From an uncultured Bacteroidales bacterium (GTDB lineage: Bacteria > Bacteroidota > Bacteroidia > Bacteroidales > DTU049): 64,000 nt of DNA. The notes under the pieces were generated by a model. The model searched no databases. It saw only the letters and a list, made by a program, of their open reading frames with translations, and was not told the DNA's origin. A program made the translations under genes and the position numbers. Shown here piece by piece: positions 18,804-28,527 of this stretch. The stretch lies in NCBI GenBank assembly GCA_964551645.1, contig CAZKDV010000001.1:17065-81064 (forward strand), read 5' to 3'. Every line of letters starts with the position of its first letter. Position 1 is the first letter of the stretch.

Positions 18804-19121
18804 TTACAGAAGAGAGCGCAATTTCTCTTCAATAGTGCTACGAGGCACAGCCCCAAGTTGCTTATCTACAACTTCGCCATTTTTGAAATATAACAATGTA
18901 GGTATAGAGCGAATACCGAAACGAGCAGTAATTTGAGGATTATTATCAACATCTACTTTGCCAATAACAATATTTTCGCCATATTCTTCTGCTAACTCTT
19001 GTACAATTGGAGCTATCATGCGGCAAGGACCACACCATTCTGCCCAAAAATCAATCATAGCAGGCTTTCCTGAATCTACTACTAATTGTTGAAAATTGCT
19101 ATCTGTAATTTCTATTATCAT
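18804..19121 (-). CDS. trxA: Thioredoxin
   Basis: 105 aa with the WCGPC active site and typical thioredoxin length and pattern. Confidence 0.93.
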   Translation of the reverse strand: MIIEITDSNFQQLVVDSGKPAMIDFWAEWCGPCRMIAPIVQELAEEYGENIVIGKVDVDNNPQITARFGIRSIPTLLYFKNGEVVDKQLGAVPRSTIEEKLRSLL

Positions 19122-19142
19122 AGTAATAATTTTTTAAGAATA

Positions 19143-19150
19143 CAAAAATA
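19143..19150 (-). promoter_or_regulatory. -7 promoter box TATTTTTG for trxA
   Basis: The plus-strand caaaaata is the reverse complement of TAnnTTTG, 22 nt upstream of the ATG at 19121. Confidence 0.45.
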
Positions 19151-19381
19151 CAAATATTTTTAATGTTTTTTATTTAGCAGTGTAATAAATTTGAAAAATG
19201 TAAAATTAACAATTAGTTTTAATATATTTATACTTTCATAAAAAATCATTAATCGCTAATTATCAGATGATTACTAAATATCAAAAAAATAAATGTTAAT
19301 AAATGTTAATTTTTTTTGCATATTCTCAAAAAAAAGTATTTATTTTGCATTGTTATTATTAACCCTTAAATTTTTTGAATT

Positions 19382-19567
19382 ATGAAAAAAATGAAGTATT
19401 TATTATTAGGATTTGCTACACTTGCATTTGTAGCATGTGGTGGTCCAGCTGAAACACCAGCTGTTGAAGAAGAAACTACAGATGTTGAAGTTGTTGAAGG
19501 ATCAGAAATTGATGTTGTTGAAGGAGCAGAAATTACAGACGAAGTTACTGAAGAAGCTGCTGAATAA
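19382..19567 (+). CDS. Small highly acidic putative lipoprotein (61 aa)
   Basis: Lipoprotein-type signal MKKMKYLLLGFATLAFVAC. The mature part contains no basic residue and repeats VEVVEGSEI / DVVEGAEI. A perfect hairpin terminator follows. Confidence 0.5.
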   Translation: MKKMKYLLLGFATLAFVACGGPAETPAVEEETTDVEVVEGSEIDVVEGAEITDEVTEEAAE

Positions 19568-19590
19568 GGCTAAGATCTTTGATTAAAATA

Positions 19591-19618
19591 ATAAAAGCTA
19601 CCAATTGGTAGCTTTTAT
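19591..19618. terminator. Bidirectional rho-independent terminator
   Basis: Perfect 12-bp palindrome ataaaagctacc (19591-19602) / ggtagcttttat (19607-19618) with loop aatt. It lies between convergent stops at 19567 (+) and 19646 (-). Confidence 0.7.
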
Positions 19619-19645
19619 TATTTATAAATGATAATTATTTTGGTT

Positions 19646-20233
19646 CTATTTTAACAATAAACTTTCTTTTCCTTCAATCATTTTTCTAATATTCATCAAG
19701 GCATATCTCATTCTCCCCAAAGCAGTATTAATACTAGTATTTGTTCTCTCCGAAATTTCTTTAAAGCTCATATCAGCATAATGTCGCATAATCAGCACTT
19801 CTTTTTGTTCAGGAGGTAGTTTAGCAATTAGCTTTCTAAGATCACTATAAATTTGTTCCTTTATTATAGTATCTTCAATCGAAGGTTCTGATAGATTTAT
19901 AAAATCAAACACATCGCTATCATCATTTGATTCTATAGTTTGAAATCTCTTGCCTTTTCGGAAATAATCAATAACTAAATTATGCGATATTCGCAATACC
20001 CACTGAATAAACTTGCCCTCTTCCTTATATGTTCCCGATTTCAAAGTATTAATAACTTTTAAAAAAGTATCTTGAAAAATATCTTCAGCATTTTCAACAT
20101 CTTTTATCATATACAATATATACGAATAAACTCTATCCTTATGACGATTTAACAATATTGTAAATGATTGCTGGCTACCGGCGATGAATTCTCTTATAAG
20201 AATATCATCACTTTTTTCTGTTTTAGTCTTCAT
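19646..20233 (-). CDS. RNA polymerase sigma-70 family ECF sigma factor
   Basis: Region 2 (DIFQDTFLKV..., HNLVIDYFRK) and a region 4 helix-turn-helix (MSFKEISERTNTSINTALGRMRYA). No adjacent anti-sigma gene. Confidence 0.85.
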   Translation of the reverse strand: MKTKTEKSDDILIREFIAGSQQSFTILLNRHKDRVYSYILYMIKDVENAEDIFQDTFLKVINTLKSGTYKEEGKFIQWVLRISHNLVIDYFRKGKRFQTIESNDDSDVFDFINLSEPSIEDTIIKEQIYSDLRKLIAKLPPEQKEVLIMRHYADMSFKEISERTNTSINTALGRMRYALMNIRKMIEGKESLLLK

Positions 20234-20296
20234 ACGCTAAAAAAAATTGGTTAGCGTAAAAATGTATCGATAGCTTTGCGTTTTAGAATTATTTTA

Positions 20297-20304
20297 CAAA
20301 TGTA
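20297..20304 (-). promoter_or_regulatory. -7 promoter box TACATTTG for the ECF sigma gene
   Basis: The plus-strand caaatgta is the reverse complement of TAnnTTTG, 64 nt upstream of the ATG at 20233. Confidence 0.35.
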
Positions 20305-20347
20305 CAAACATTTAATGGCAAAAAGCAAATAAAAGGTAAAAAAAAAT

Positions 20348-20355
20348 TAAATTTG
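20348..20355 (+). promoter_or_regulatory. -7 promoter box TAAATTTG for uvrA
   Basis: Matches TAnnTTTG, 24 nt upstream of the ATG at 20379. It lies before the trimmed start, and the track TTG start at 20361 is too close to it. Confidence 0.45.
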
Positions 20356-20378
20356 CAGTTTTGATATTTCTCATAAAC

Positions 20379-23204
20379 ATGTCTGATTTCGCAGAACAAC
20401 AATATATTTATATAAAAGGGGCTCGCTCACACAATTTAAAAAATATTTTTATAAATATACCTCGAAACACTTTAACAGTATTTACAGGTCCATCAGGTTC
20501 GGGGAAATCATCTATTGCTTTTAACACGATTTTTGCTGAAGGACAAAGAAGATATGTCGAAAGTTTGAGTGCGTATGCCAGACAGTTTTTTGATAAAATG
20601 CCACCACCCGATGTTGATGCAATTGAAGGTATTCCGCCTGCTGTTGCCATCGAACAAAAAACAGGAACAAAACAACAAAACTCAACAGTTGGAACGATTA
20701 CCGAAGTTTATGATTATCTGAAATTATTGTTTGCACGAATAGGCAAAACAATTTCACCCATTTCTGGAACAGAAGTGAAGCAACACACAGTTAAAGATGT
20801 TATTGATTTTGTTATGGAAAAAGGAAAGAATTTAACTGTTTACATTGTTGTTCCTATAGATTTAGACAGCGAAAGAACTTTATCTGTACAACTTGAAATA
20901 TATCGCAGTCAAGGATATGGAAGAATATTAGTAGATAATAAAACTGTTCGATTTGATAGAAACATTGAGGAATACCAACATTATGGCAATAAAGAGATAT
21001 TTCTTGTGATTGACAGGTTTTTATTTGACGAAGAGCTTGATATATATTCTCGATTGTCTGATAGTGCAAGTATTGGGTTTATTGAAGGAAACGGGAAACT
21101 TATTGTCAAAATGTATAATGAAAATGATGAAATTCAATATAATACCGAATTTTCAAATACTTTTGAAGCCGACGGCATCCGCTTTGAAATACCAACTCCA
21201 CAATTATTTGCGTTCAACAGTCCTTATGGTGCTTGCCCTAAGTGTGAAGGCTATGGCACAGTGTTAGGAATTGACGAAAATCTTGTAATACCCGACAAAA
21301 CTCTCTCTTTGTGGGAAAACGCAGTTGTATGCTGGAAAGGGCCTAAACTTTCTGAATGGAAAACATATTTTATTAAAACAAGCTCAGTTTTTAACTTCCC
21401 AATACATACACCCATTTGCGATTTAACCGAAGCAGAATATGACTTGCTTTGGAATGGGAATGCACAAGTAGAAGGAATTATGTCATTTTTTGCTTATATT
21501 GAAAGAAAAGCATATAAAATTCAATATAGGGTTATTTTGTCAAAATATCGTGGAAGAACAAAATGCTATGAATGTTACGGAACAAGAATAAGAAAAGAAG
21601 CACAATATGTAAAAATTTGTTCAAAGTCCATAAGCGATTTAGTTACTATGCCCATTGACGAACTAATTAACTTTTTTCAAAATATCAATTTAGATGAATA
21701 TGAGAAGAAAATTAGCGAACGAATATTAACTGAAATTAAAAACAGATTATTGTTCTTAGATCAAGTTGGACTTAGCTATTTAACATTAAACCGAGCATCA
21801 AACACACTTTCTGGTGGAGAAACTCAAAGAATCCATCTTGCCCAAGCTGTCGGAAGCAATTTAGTTGGAGCCTTGTATATTATTGACGAACCAACTGTCG
21901 GACTTCATTCAAAAGATACTCAAAAACTTATACAAATTCTTTTACACTTAAGAGATTTAGGCAATACTGTAATTGTTGTTGAACATGACGAAGAAATAAT
22001 TCAAAAAGCTGACTATATTGTTGATTTAGGTCCATTAGCCGGAAGCTTAGGTGGCGAAATAGTTTACTCCGGCAATTTTACAGACTTATTAAAAGAAAAT
22101 AAATCTCTCACTGCACAATATTTCACTAAAAAAATGAATGTTCCAATGCCCATTAACAGACGAACATTCAGAAACTCAATAAAACTATTTGGAGCATACG
22201 AACATAACCTCAAGCAAATTGATGTTATATTTCCTTTACAAACACTAACAGTTATTACCGGTCCAAGCGGTTCAGGAAAAACTACATTAGTGAAAAAGAT
22301 TCTTTATCCTGCACTTAAATCTATTTTAAGTGGCTCTAACGACAAATCGGCTAAATATAAATCCATACAAGGAGATTTTCATTTGATAAAAGGAGTAGAA
22401 TTTATTGACCAAAATCCGATTGGCAAATCATCTCGCTCAAATCCAATAACTTACATAAAAGCTTTTGATGATATCCGAACTCTATTTAGTAATTTACCTT
22501 TGGCAAAAAAAAGAAATTATAAGCCCGGTTTTTTTTCTTTTAACACTTCAGGTGGCAGATGCGAATCATGCAAAGGAGACGGTATGATTGTAATTGAAAT
22601 GCAGTTTCTTGCAGATGTAGAGTTAGTATGCGAAGATTGCGGCGGAAAAAGATATAAAGAAGAAACGCTTGATATTTTACTTGATGGGAAATCAATTTAC
22701 GATGTTTTAGAAATGACAATTGATGAGGGAATTGATTTTTTCAGAAAGCTTTCCGGGAGTTCGCACTCATCAACAACACTAAAACATATCTTACAAAAAA
22801 TTATTCCTTTGCAAGAAATTGGACTTGGATATTTAAAAATGGGACAAGCAACCTCAACTTTAAGCGGCGGAGAAATACAAAGATTGAAATTAGGCTCTTT
22901 TCTCGTAAATGCAGAAAGTATTGAACCATTGCTGTTTATATTTGACGAACCAACAACAGGATTGCACTATTATGATATAGCAAAATTACAAACAGCTTTT
23001 GAGCAACTACTAAATAAAAGACATTCTTTGATTATTATTGAACATAATATGGAAGTTATCAAATGTGCCGACTGGCTTATAGACTTAGGCCCCGATGGCG
23101 GCAAACACGGTGGAGAGCTTGTCTTTCAGGGAGTTCCAGAAGATTTGATTAAATGCAAAAAATCACATACCGCACAGTTTTTAAAACAAAAATTTAAAAA
23201 TTAA
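20379..23204 (+). CDS. uvrA: Excinuclease ABC subunit A
   Basis: Two Walker A motifs (GPSGSGKSS, GPSGSGKTT), two ABC signatures (LSGGETQR, LSGGEIQR) and CxxC zinc modules. At about 941 aa it is full length and retains the UvrB-binding-region length. Confidence 0.95.
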   Translation: MSDFAEQQYIYIKGARSHNLKNIFINIPRNTLTVFTGPSGSGKSSIAFNTIFAEGQRRYVESLSAYARQFFDKMPPPDVDAIEGIPPAVAIEQKTGTKQQNSTVGTITEVYDYLKLLFARIGKTISPISGTEVKQHTVKDVIDFVMEKGKNLTVYIVVPIDLDSERTLSVQLEIYRSQGYGRILVDNKTVRFDRNIEEYQHYGNKEIFLVIDRFLFDEELDIYSRLSDSASIGFIEGNGKLIVKMYNENDEIQYNTEFSNTFEADGIRFEIPTPQLFAFNSPYGACPKCEGYGTVLGIDENLVIPDKTLSLWENAVVCWKGPKLSEWKTYFIKTSSVFNFPIHTPICDLTEAEYDLLWNGNAQVEGIMSFFAYIERKAYKIQYRVILSKYRGRTKCYECYGTRIRKEAQYVKICSKSISDLVTMPIDELINFFQNINLDEYEKKISERILTEIKNRLLFLDQVGLSYLTLNRASNTLSGGETQRIHLAQAVGSNLVGALYIIDEPTVGLHSKDTQKLIQILLHLRDLGNTVIVVEHDEEIIQKADYIVDLGPLAGSLGGEIVYSGNFTDLLKENKSLTAQYFTKKMNVPMPINRRTFRNSIKLFGAYEHNLKQIDVIFPLQTLTVITGPSGSGKTTLVKKILYPALKSILSGSNDKSAKYKSIQGDFHLIKGVEFIDQNPIGKSSRSNPITYIKAFDDIRTLFSNLPLAKKRNYKPGFFSFNTSGGRCESCKGDGMIVIEMQFLADVELVCEDCGGKRYKEETLDILLDGKSIYDVLEMTIDEGIDFFRKLSGSSHSSTTLKHILQKIIPLQEIGLGYLKMGQATSTLSGGEIQRLKLGSFLVNAESIEPLLFIFDEPTTGLHYYDIAKLQTAFEQLLNKRHSLIIIEHNMEVIKCADWLIDLGPDGGKHGGELVFQGVPEDLIKCKKSHTAQFLKQKFKN

Positions 23205-23209
23205 ATTAT

Positions 23210-24331
23210 ATGGGTACTATTAACATTAAAGAAGTTTCAACAAATAAAGAAATGAAAGAGTTTATTAAACTTCCTTTCAAAATTTATAAAAACAATCCTT
23301 ATTGGGTGCCATATATAAAAAAAGACGAACTGAGAAGTATTGACAAAAACTACAATCCCGCATTTGACACTTGTGATGCAAAATTTTGGATTGCACTTAA
23401 AGACAATAAGTGCGTTGGAAGAATTGGAGCAATAATTAATTATTTATATAACGAAAAAGTTAATGAAAAAATAGGTCGAATTTCAAGAACTGAATTTATT
23501 GATGACAATGAAGTTAGCAATAAATTATTTGAAATTGCAGAAAAATGGCTAAAAGAAAAAGGAATGACAAAAGTGTTGGGACCATTAGGATTTAACAATT
23601 TGGATAATCAAGGTGTGTTAGTAGATGGATTCGAGCACATAGCAACGGTCGGTTCGGTATATCATCACAAATATTATCACCAACATTTTGAAAGATTAGG
23701 TTATTCTAAAGAAATTGACTGGATAGAATTTAGATTGAAAATATCCGACATTCCGGAAAAAGCATTACGACTTAATGAAATAGTCAAAACAAGACTTGGA
23801 ATCAAGGTTTTGCCACTACAAAATCGTCAAGACATTGCAAAGTACGCAAAATCGATTTTCAACTTAATAAATAGTGCTTTTGAAGAACTTCCGTTTGTTT
23901 CTCCATTTACAAAAAAAATGATTGATTTTTATGTAAAAAAATATTTTCAAACTCTTAATCCCAAATTCATTAAGTTGGTTGTCAATGAAGATATGCAAGT
24001 TGTAGCATTTGTTGTTGGCTTGCCTGATATTACAAAAGCTATGCAAAAATCAAAAGGCTCATTATTTCCATTTGGATTTTTGCATATAATCAATGCACTC
24101 AAAAAACCTAAAGGATTGGAATTATTGCTCACAGGTGTTGACCCTAAGCTACAAAAAATGGGTGTTTCTGCGATATTAATTACCGAACTGCAAAAAGAAC
24201 TTATTAAATATAAAATTACTGATGTTGAAACTACTGGGATTTTTGAAACTAACAACAAAGTAATTGAGCATTGGAAAAATTATGAACATATTCAGCATAA
24301 ACGAAAAAGGTGTTACGGTAAATTATTGTAA
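23210..24331 (+). CDS. Hypothetical protein, possible GNAT-fold N-acyltransferase
   Basis: The N-terminus F.KLPFKIYKNNPYWVPY resembles a conserved GNAT-like family. A C-terminal LLLTGVDPKLQKMGVSAILITEL resembles the acetyl-CoA motif A (Q..G.[GA]). Recognition is weak. Confidence 0.4.
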   Translation: MGTINIKEVSTNKEMKEFIKLPFKIYKNNPYWVPYIKKDELRSIDKNYNPAFDTCDAKFWIALKDNKCVGRIGAIINYLYNEKVNEKIGRISRTEFIDDNEVSNKLFEIAEKWLKEKGMTKVLGPLGFNNLDNQGVLVDGFEHIATVGSVYHHKYYHQHFERLGYSKEIDWIEFRLKISDIPEKALRLNEIVKTRLGIKVLPLQNRQDIAKYAKSIFNLINSAFEELPFVSPFTKKMIDFYVKKYFQTLNPKFIKLVVNEDMQVVAFVVGLPDITKAMQKSKGSLFPFGFLHIINALKKPKGLELLLTGVDPKLQKMGVSAILITELQKELIKYKITDVETTGIFETNNKVIEHWKNYEHIQHKRKRCYGKLL

Positions 24332-24349
24332 ACTACTAAAAACGAAATT

Positions 24350-25792
24350 ATGAAATCCTTAAGATTATTGCTTTTATCATTAAGTTTATTATTATCATCA
24401 AACATTGCTAAATCGCAGCTTTTGACAAATTTATATATTGATAAACAATTTACTGTGCACATTAGAGGTATTTATGATGCCAAAATAATACTTTCAGCCC
24501 TCAGTTTAAAAAATTTAAACCCTATCGAAAAAGTTGGTGTACGAAATAATCAAATTGTAAATTTTACAATACCTCTAAACGCAGTACCTGGAAAATTCAA
24601 ATTGAGAATTGAATATCGCGAACATCCACAAGAACAATTTTCGTATGTTGAGAAATTGATTATTATTAATCAAAATGATATTGAATATTTTATTCGCCCT
24701 GCTTATATAAACGACACAGATAGCTCTTACTTCAAAAAAGGAGAAAAAGAAAATACTACTTATGCCGAACTTTCAAATTATGTTAAAACTGAGCGTGAAC
24801 AAATTGATTTACTTGAAGTAGTTTTGATGAATTATGACAAACAAAACTCAACTTTTTACAAACAACTTATTGAAGAATACAACCTAAGACGAGATAATTT
24901 TAATATATGGATTACAGAAAAGCAAAAACAATATAGCACATTGTATATTAGCCACTTTTTACAATTTGAATATATTCCAGAAATAAATTGGGAAGGCACA
25001 TACAAAGAAAAGCTAAAAACAAAGCTAACAAATTATTTCAATGGAATAAACTTTAATGATAGTTTGCTAATTGATTTACCTGAATTTACAAACATGTTGG
25101 CACAATACATGGGAAACTGGGGAGAACTAATTGAATCGCAAGAAGATATGATTAATTTTTACACTAAAGCTGGTGAAATTGCTATCGAAAAAGCTTCAAA
25201 AGGAGATCCCAAAGTGTATGGTTGGATGGTTGATTATTTTTTCATAGGATATGAATCTTTCAATATTGCTTCTGGAATGAAAATGCTGGAAAAACACATT
25301 CAAAATCCAAATTGTCTCACATCAAAAAAGCGTGAAATATCAAGAAGAATAGAAGGACTTAAAACACTAAAAACAGGCACCTTAGCACCAAATTTTGAAA
25401 TACTTGACGATAAAGGTAAAATGTTTAATTTTCATAAATATCAAACTAATAGTCCTAATAAATTAATTGTGTTTTGGTCGGCAGACTGTTCTCATTGTGA
25501 GGCGATTATCAAATTGTTATATGAATGGCATTCGCAAAGTAATAACACAAAAAAAGTTGATATTATTGCTATTAGTCTTGACGAAACCGATACCGAAATA
25601 AACAAGTGGAAAAACAAAAAAGAAAATCTAAAAAATTGGTATCATATACTTGCAGATGGAGGTGTAAACAGTCAGATTGCTACAGATTATTACATTTTAA
25701 GCACTCCTGTAATATTTATTGTTGATGCTAAAACGAATAAAATAGTTGATATGCCTACAAGTATAGAAGAAATATTAAAAATTGTTGATTAA
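24350..25792 (+). CDS. Secreted protein with C-terminal TlpA/AhpC-like thioredoxin-fold domain
   Basis: It has a signal peptide. The C-terminal third carries FWSADCSHCEA (CxxC) in a TlpA-like context (APNFEILDDKGKMFNF...). The N-terminal ~330 aa are unassigned. Confidence 0.6.
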   Translation: MKSLRLLLLSLSLLLSSNIAKSQLLTNLYIDKQFTVHIRGIYDAKIILSALSLKNLNPIEKVGVRNNQIVNFTIPLNAVPGKFKLRIEYREHPQEQFSYVEKLIIINQNDIEYFIRPAYINDTDSSYFKKGEKENTTYAELSNYVKTEREQIDLLEVVLMNYDKQNSTFYKQLIEEYNLRRDNFNIWITEKQKQYSTLYISHFLQFEYIPEINWEGTYKEKLKTKLTNYFNGINFNDSLLIDLPEFTNMLAQYMGNWGELIESQEDMINFYTKAGEIAIEKASKGDPKVYGWMVDYFFIGYESFNIASGMKMLEKHIQNPNCLTSKKREISRRIEGLKTLKTGTLAPNFEILDDKGKMFNFHKYQTNSPNKLIVFWSADCSHCEAIIKLLYEWHSQSNNTKKVDIIAISLDETDTEINKWKNKKENLKNWYHILADGGVNSQIATDYYILSTPVIFIVDAKTNKIVDMPTSIEEILKIVD

Positions 25793-25793
25793 G

Positions 25794-26603
25794 TTACACA
25801 AACAGAACTAAACTAACTGCCATTACTCCCATTCCGGCAATCAGTCCGCTTATTGCAACATGATGTTCTCCATATTCTTCAGCCGTAGGAAGCAGCTCGT
25901 CAAGAGATACATAAATCATAATCCCTGCAACTGCAGCAAAGACTACTCCTAAGGTAATGTCATTTAAAAAATTTTGCAATACAAAAAAACCAAGTAGCGC
26001 TCCTATTGGTTCTGCCAAACCTGACATAAATGATAACCAAAAGGCCTTTTTGCGACTTTTAGTAGCATAATATATTGGCACTGACACAGCAATCCCCTCC
26101 GGAATATTATGAATGGCAATAGCAATAGCAATACCAATTCCAAGTGCCGGATCAGACAAAGCAGCCATAAATGTAGCTAAACCCTCAGGAAAATTATGTA
26201 TTGCAATAGCCAAGGCAGAAAACAAACCCATTCGATATAAATTTTTACCCTTCACTTCTGGGCAATCAACATCTTCACAAAGATTTTTTACTTCATGCGG
26301 ATTTTGAAAAGCAGGTATTAATCTGTCAATTATCGCAATAAATGCAATGCCAGCAAAAAACGAAGCAACAGTAATCCAATAGCCGTTTGTTTCTCCCATT
26401 TCAGTTGTTAAATATAGTTTTGATTTTGCAAAAATCTCAACAAGAGAAACATAAATCATAACCCCCGCAGAAAAACCCAATGAAGCAGCTAAAAATTTTG
26501 GATTGAATTTTTTTGACAAAAAAGCCATCAAACTACCAATACCCGTGGATAAACCAGCCAATATGGTTAAACTAAAAGCAAATATTATATTTTGTGTAAT
26601 CAT
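25794..26603 (-). CDS. zupT: ZIP-family zinc transporter ZupT
   Basis: Duplicated HNFPEG / HNIPEG motifs, 8 TM segments and about 269 aa. Confidence 0.9.
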   Translation of the reverse strand: MITQNIIFAFSLTILAGLSTGIGSLMAFLSKKFNPKFLAASLGFSAGVMIYVSLVEIFAKSKLYLTTEMGETNGYWITVASFFAGIAFIAIIDRLIPAFQNPHEVKNLCEDVDCPEVKGKNLYRMGLFSALAIAIHNFPEGLATFMAALSDPALGIGIAIAIAIHNIPEGIAVSVPIYYATKSRKKAFWLSFMSGLAEPIGALLGFFVLQNFLNDITLGVVFAAVAGIMIYVSLDELLPTAEEYGEHHVAISGLIAGMGVMAVSLVLFV

Positions 26604-26631
26604 AAATGAAGCAAATGTTAATATAAAACTG

Positions 26632-26639
26632 CAAAATTA
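26632..26639 (-). promoter_or_regulatory. -7 promoter box TAATTTTG for zupT
   Basis: The plus-strand caaaatta is the reverse complement of TAnnTTTG, 29 nt upstream of the ATG at 26603. Confidence 0.45.
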
Positions 26640-26774
26640 CTGACTTTCATAAAAACATTAAAAATAATTTTAACTCTATGAATTTTACAAACTTACTTAC
26701 AGTAAAAAATTAGTTAATCTTCAAAACCATACTCTACAATTGCATTAATTTAAAGCTATTGAAAATAAATCTAT

Positions 26775-26782
26775 TAAATTTG
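26775..26782 (+). promoter_or_regulatory. -7 promoter box TAAATTTG for the GT2/sigma pair
   Basis: Matches TAnnTTTG, 24 nt upstream of the ATG at 26806. Confidence 0.45.
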
Positions 26783-26805
26783 CAACTCTATTTTTTTAAC
26801 GCTAT

Positions 26806-27903
26806 ATGCTTTTGATATTGTTTTTAATCAGCACTTTATTTTTAATTACATACTATTTTTATTTTTGGTTTAGAGTTCACATACACCACAAAAAAAGAAT
26901 CCCTTTAAATAAACTTAATCCTGTTTCTGTCGTGATATGTGCAAAAAATGAAGAACTTAATATTATCAACAACATACCGCTAATATTGCAGCAAGATTAT
27001 CCTATGTTTAATATTGTGGTTGTTGATGACGACTCAAGTGATGAAACTTACTATCACTTAAAACAGATGCAATTGCAAAATCCTATTTTGAGTGCCATTC
27101 ATTTAAACAAAAATGTTAATTTTTTCAAAGGAAAAAAATTTCCTCTATCTATCGGAATTAGGTCGGCAAAACATACACACCTTATTTTAACTGATGCAGA
27201 TTGCAAACCAAGTTCAAATAGATGGCTTGTACGAATGTCTGAATGTTTTTCTGATAACAAAAATATTGTTCTCGGTTATGGAAAATATGAAATGCACAAC
27301 ACATTTCTAAACTCCTTAATTAGATTTGAAACTATGCACACAGCAATACAATATTTTTCTTACGCTTTAGCCGGAATACCATATATGGGAGTTGGCAGAA
27401 ATTTAGCGTATAAAAAAGAACTGTTTTATCTAAATAATGGTTTTTCCAAACACTATAATATACCGTCAGGAGATGATGATTTGTTTATAAACAGTGTTGC
27501 TAATGCACAAAATACTACAATTTGTCTTCATCATGAAGCACATACAATTTCATCGCCTCCAAAAACATGGTCAACATGGTTTAAACAAAAACTAAGGCAT
27601 GTTTCAACGGGAAAATATTACAAAATAAAACATAAACTGCTTTTAAGCTCCTATCACTTTTTCAACATATCATTTTGGGGAACATTTATTGCTCTTTGCG
27701 TATTATCAAATAATTTATATTTAATTTTGTCGTTATTTCTAATAAAGAGTGTGCTATATATGTATTTGATGTATAAAAACACAAAGATTTTTAATGAAAA
27801 AAAGTTATTCGGCTTATCTGTTTTTTATGAACCTCTTTTGACAATGATTATAGGGACAATATATATATTCAAATTGTTTTTAAAGACTACAAAATGGAAG
27901 TAA
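26806..27903 (+). CDS. Family 2 glycosyltransferase, membrane-anchored
   Basis: VSVVICAKNEE, VVVDDDSSDET and LTDADC (DxD) motifs, with an N-terminal TM and C-terminal TM segments. Confidence 0.8.
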   Translation: MLLILFLISTLFLITYYFYFWFRVHIHHKKRIPLNKLNPVSVVICAKNEELNIINNIPLILQQDYPMFNIVVVDDDSSDETYYHLKQMQLQNPILSAIHLNKNVNFFKGKKFPLSIGIRSAKHTHLILTDADCKPSSNRWLVRMSECFSDNKNIVLGYGKYEMHNTFLNSLIRFETMHTAIQYFSYALAGIPYMGVGRNLAYKKELFYLNNGFSKHYNIPSGDDDLFINSVANAQNTTICLHHEAHTISSPPKTWSTWFKQKLRHVSTGKYYKIKHKLLLSSYHFFNISFWGTFIALCVLSNNLYLILSLFLIKSVLYMYLMYKNTKIFNEKKLFGLSVFYEPLLTMIIGTIYIFKLFLKTTKWK

Positions 27904-28505
27904 CGCAACATTTGACAGAAAAAGCACAATATGACTATGTGCTAATTCAGAGGGCTTTGCAAAACAGAGACCAAAAAGCTTATACTGAGCTTATGTCGCG
28001 CTATCGAGATTCATTATATTTTATGATGATGAAAATGACCAATGACCCAATAGATGCCGAAGATATGACCATTGAAGCATTTGGGAAAGCATTTAGAAAC
28101 TTACAAAATTATACGACAGATTTTGCTTTTAGCACTTGGCTTTTTAAAATTGCATCAAATAATTGTGTTGATTTTATTAGAAAACGCAAAAAGCAATCTT
28201 TCCAACTTGTTGAAGATTATAGCTCGTACGATAATTATACCGAACAAAAATCATTTTTAAATAATTCACAACAAAACCCTGAAGAACTATACATCACAAA
28301 GCAAAAGCATAAATATATTAGAGAAATTGTTGAAAAACTTAAACCTCATTACAAAAGCCTTATAGAATTAAGATATTTTCAAGAGCTTTCTTACGAAGAA
28401 ATTGCTGTAAAACTTAATTTACCTATGGGAACAGTAAAAGCACAACTTTTTCGTGCAAGAGATTTTCTATATCAAATTATGAAAGACAATACCCATCATA
28501 TTTAA
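27894..28505 (+). CDS. RNA polymerase sigma-70 family ECF sigma factor
   Basis: Region 2 (EDMTIEAFGKAF, NNCVDFIRKR) and region 4 (LSYEEIAVKLNLPMGTVKAQLFRAR). The ATG at 27894 overlaps the GT2 stop by 10 nt. Confidence 0.85.
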   Translation: MEVTQHLTEKAQYDYVLIQRALQNRDQKAYTELMSRYRDSLYFMMMKMTNDPIDAEDMTIEAFGKAFRNLQNYTTDFAFSTWLFKIASNNCVDFIRKRKKQSFQLVEDYSSYDNYTEQKSFLNNSQQNPEELYITKQKHKYIREIVEKLKPHYKSLIELRYFQELSYEEIAVKLNLPMGTVKAQLFRARDFLYQIMKDNTHHI

Positions 28506-28527
28506 CATATACTGTAATAATTAAGCA

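Noticed and set aside
25790-25796. Convergent stop codons only 1 nt apart (thioredoxin-fold gene / zupT) with no terminator. There are similarly overlapping stops at 48272-48275.
   Set aside because: This is a compact-genome feature without further sequence signal, noted only.
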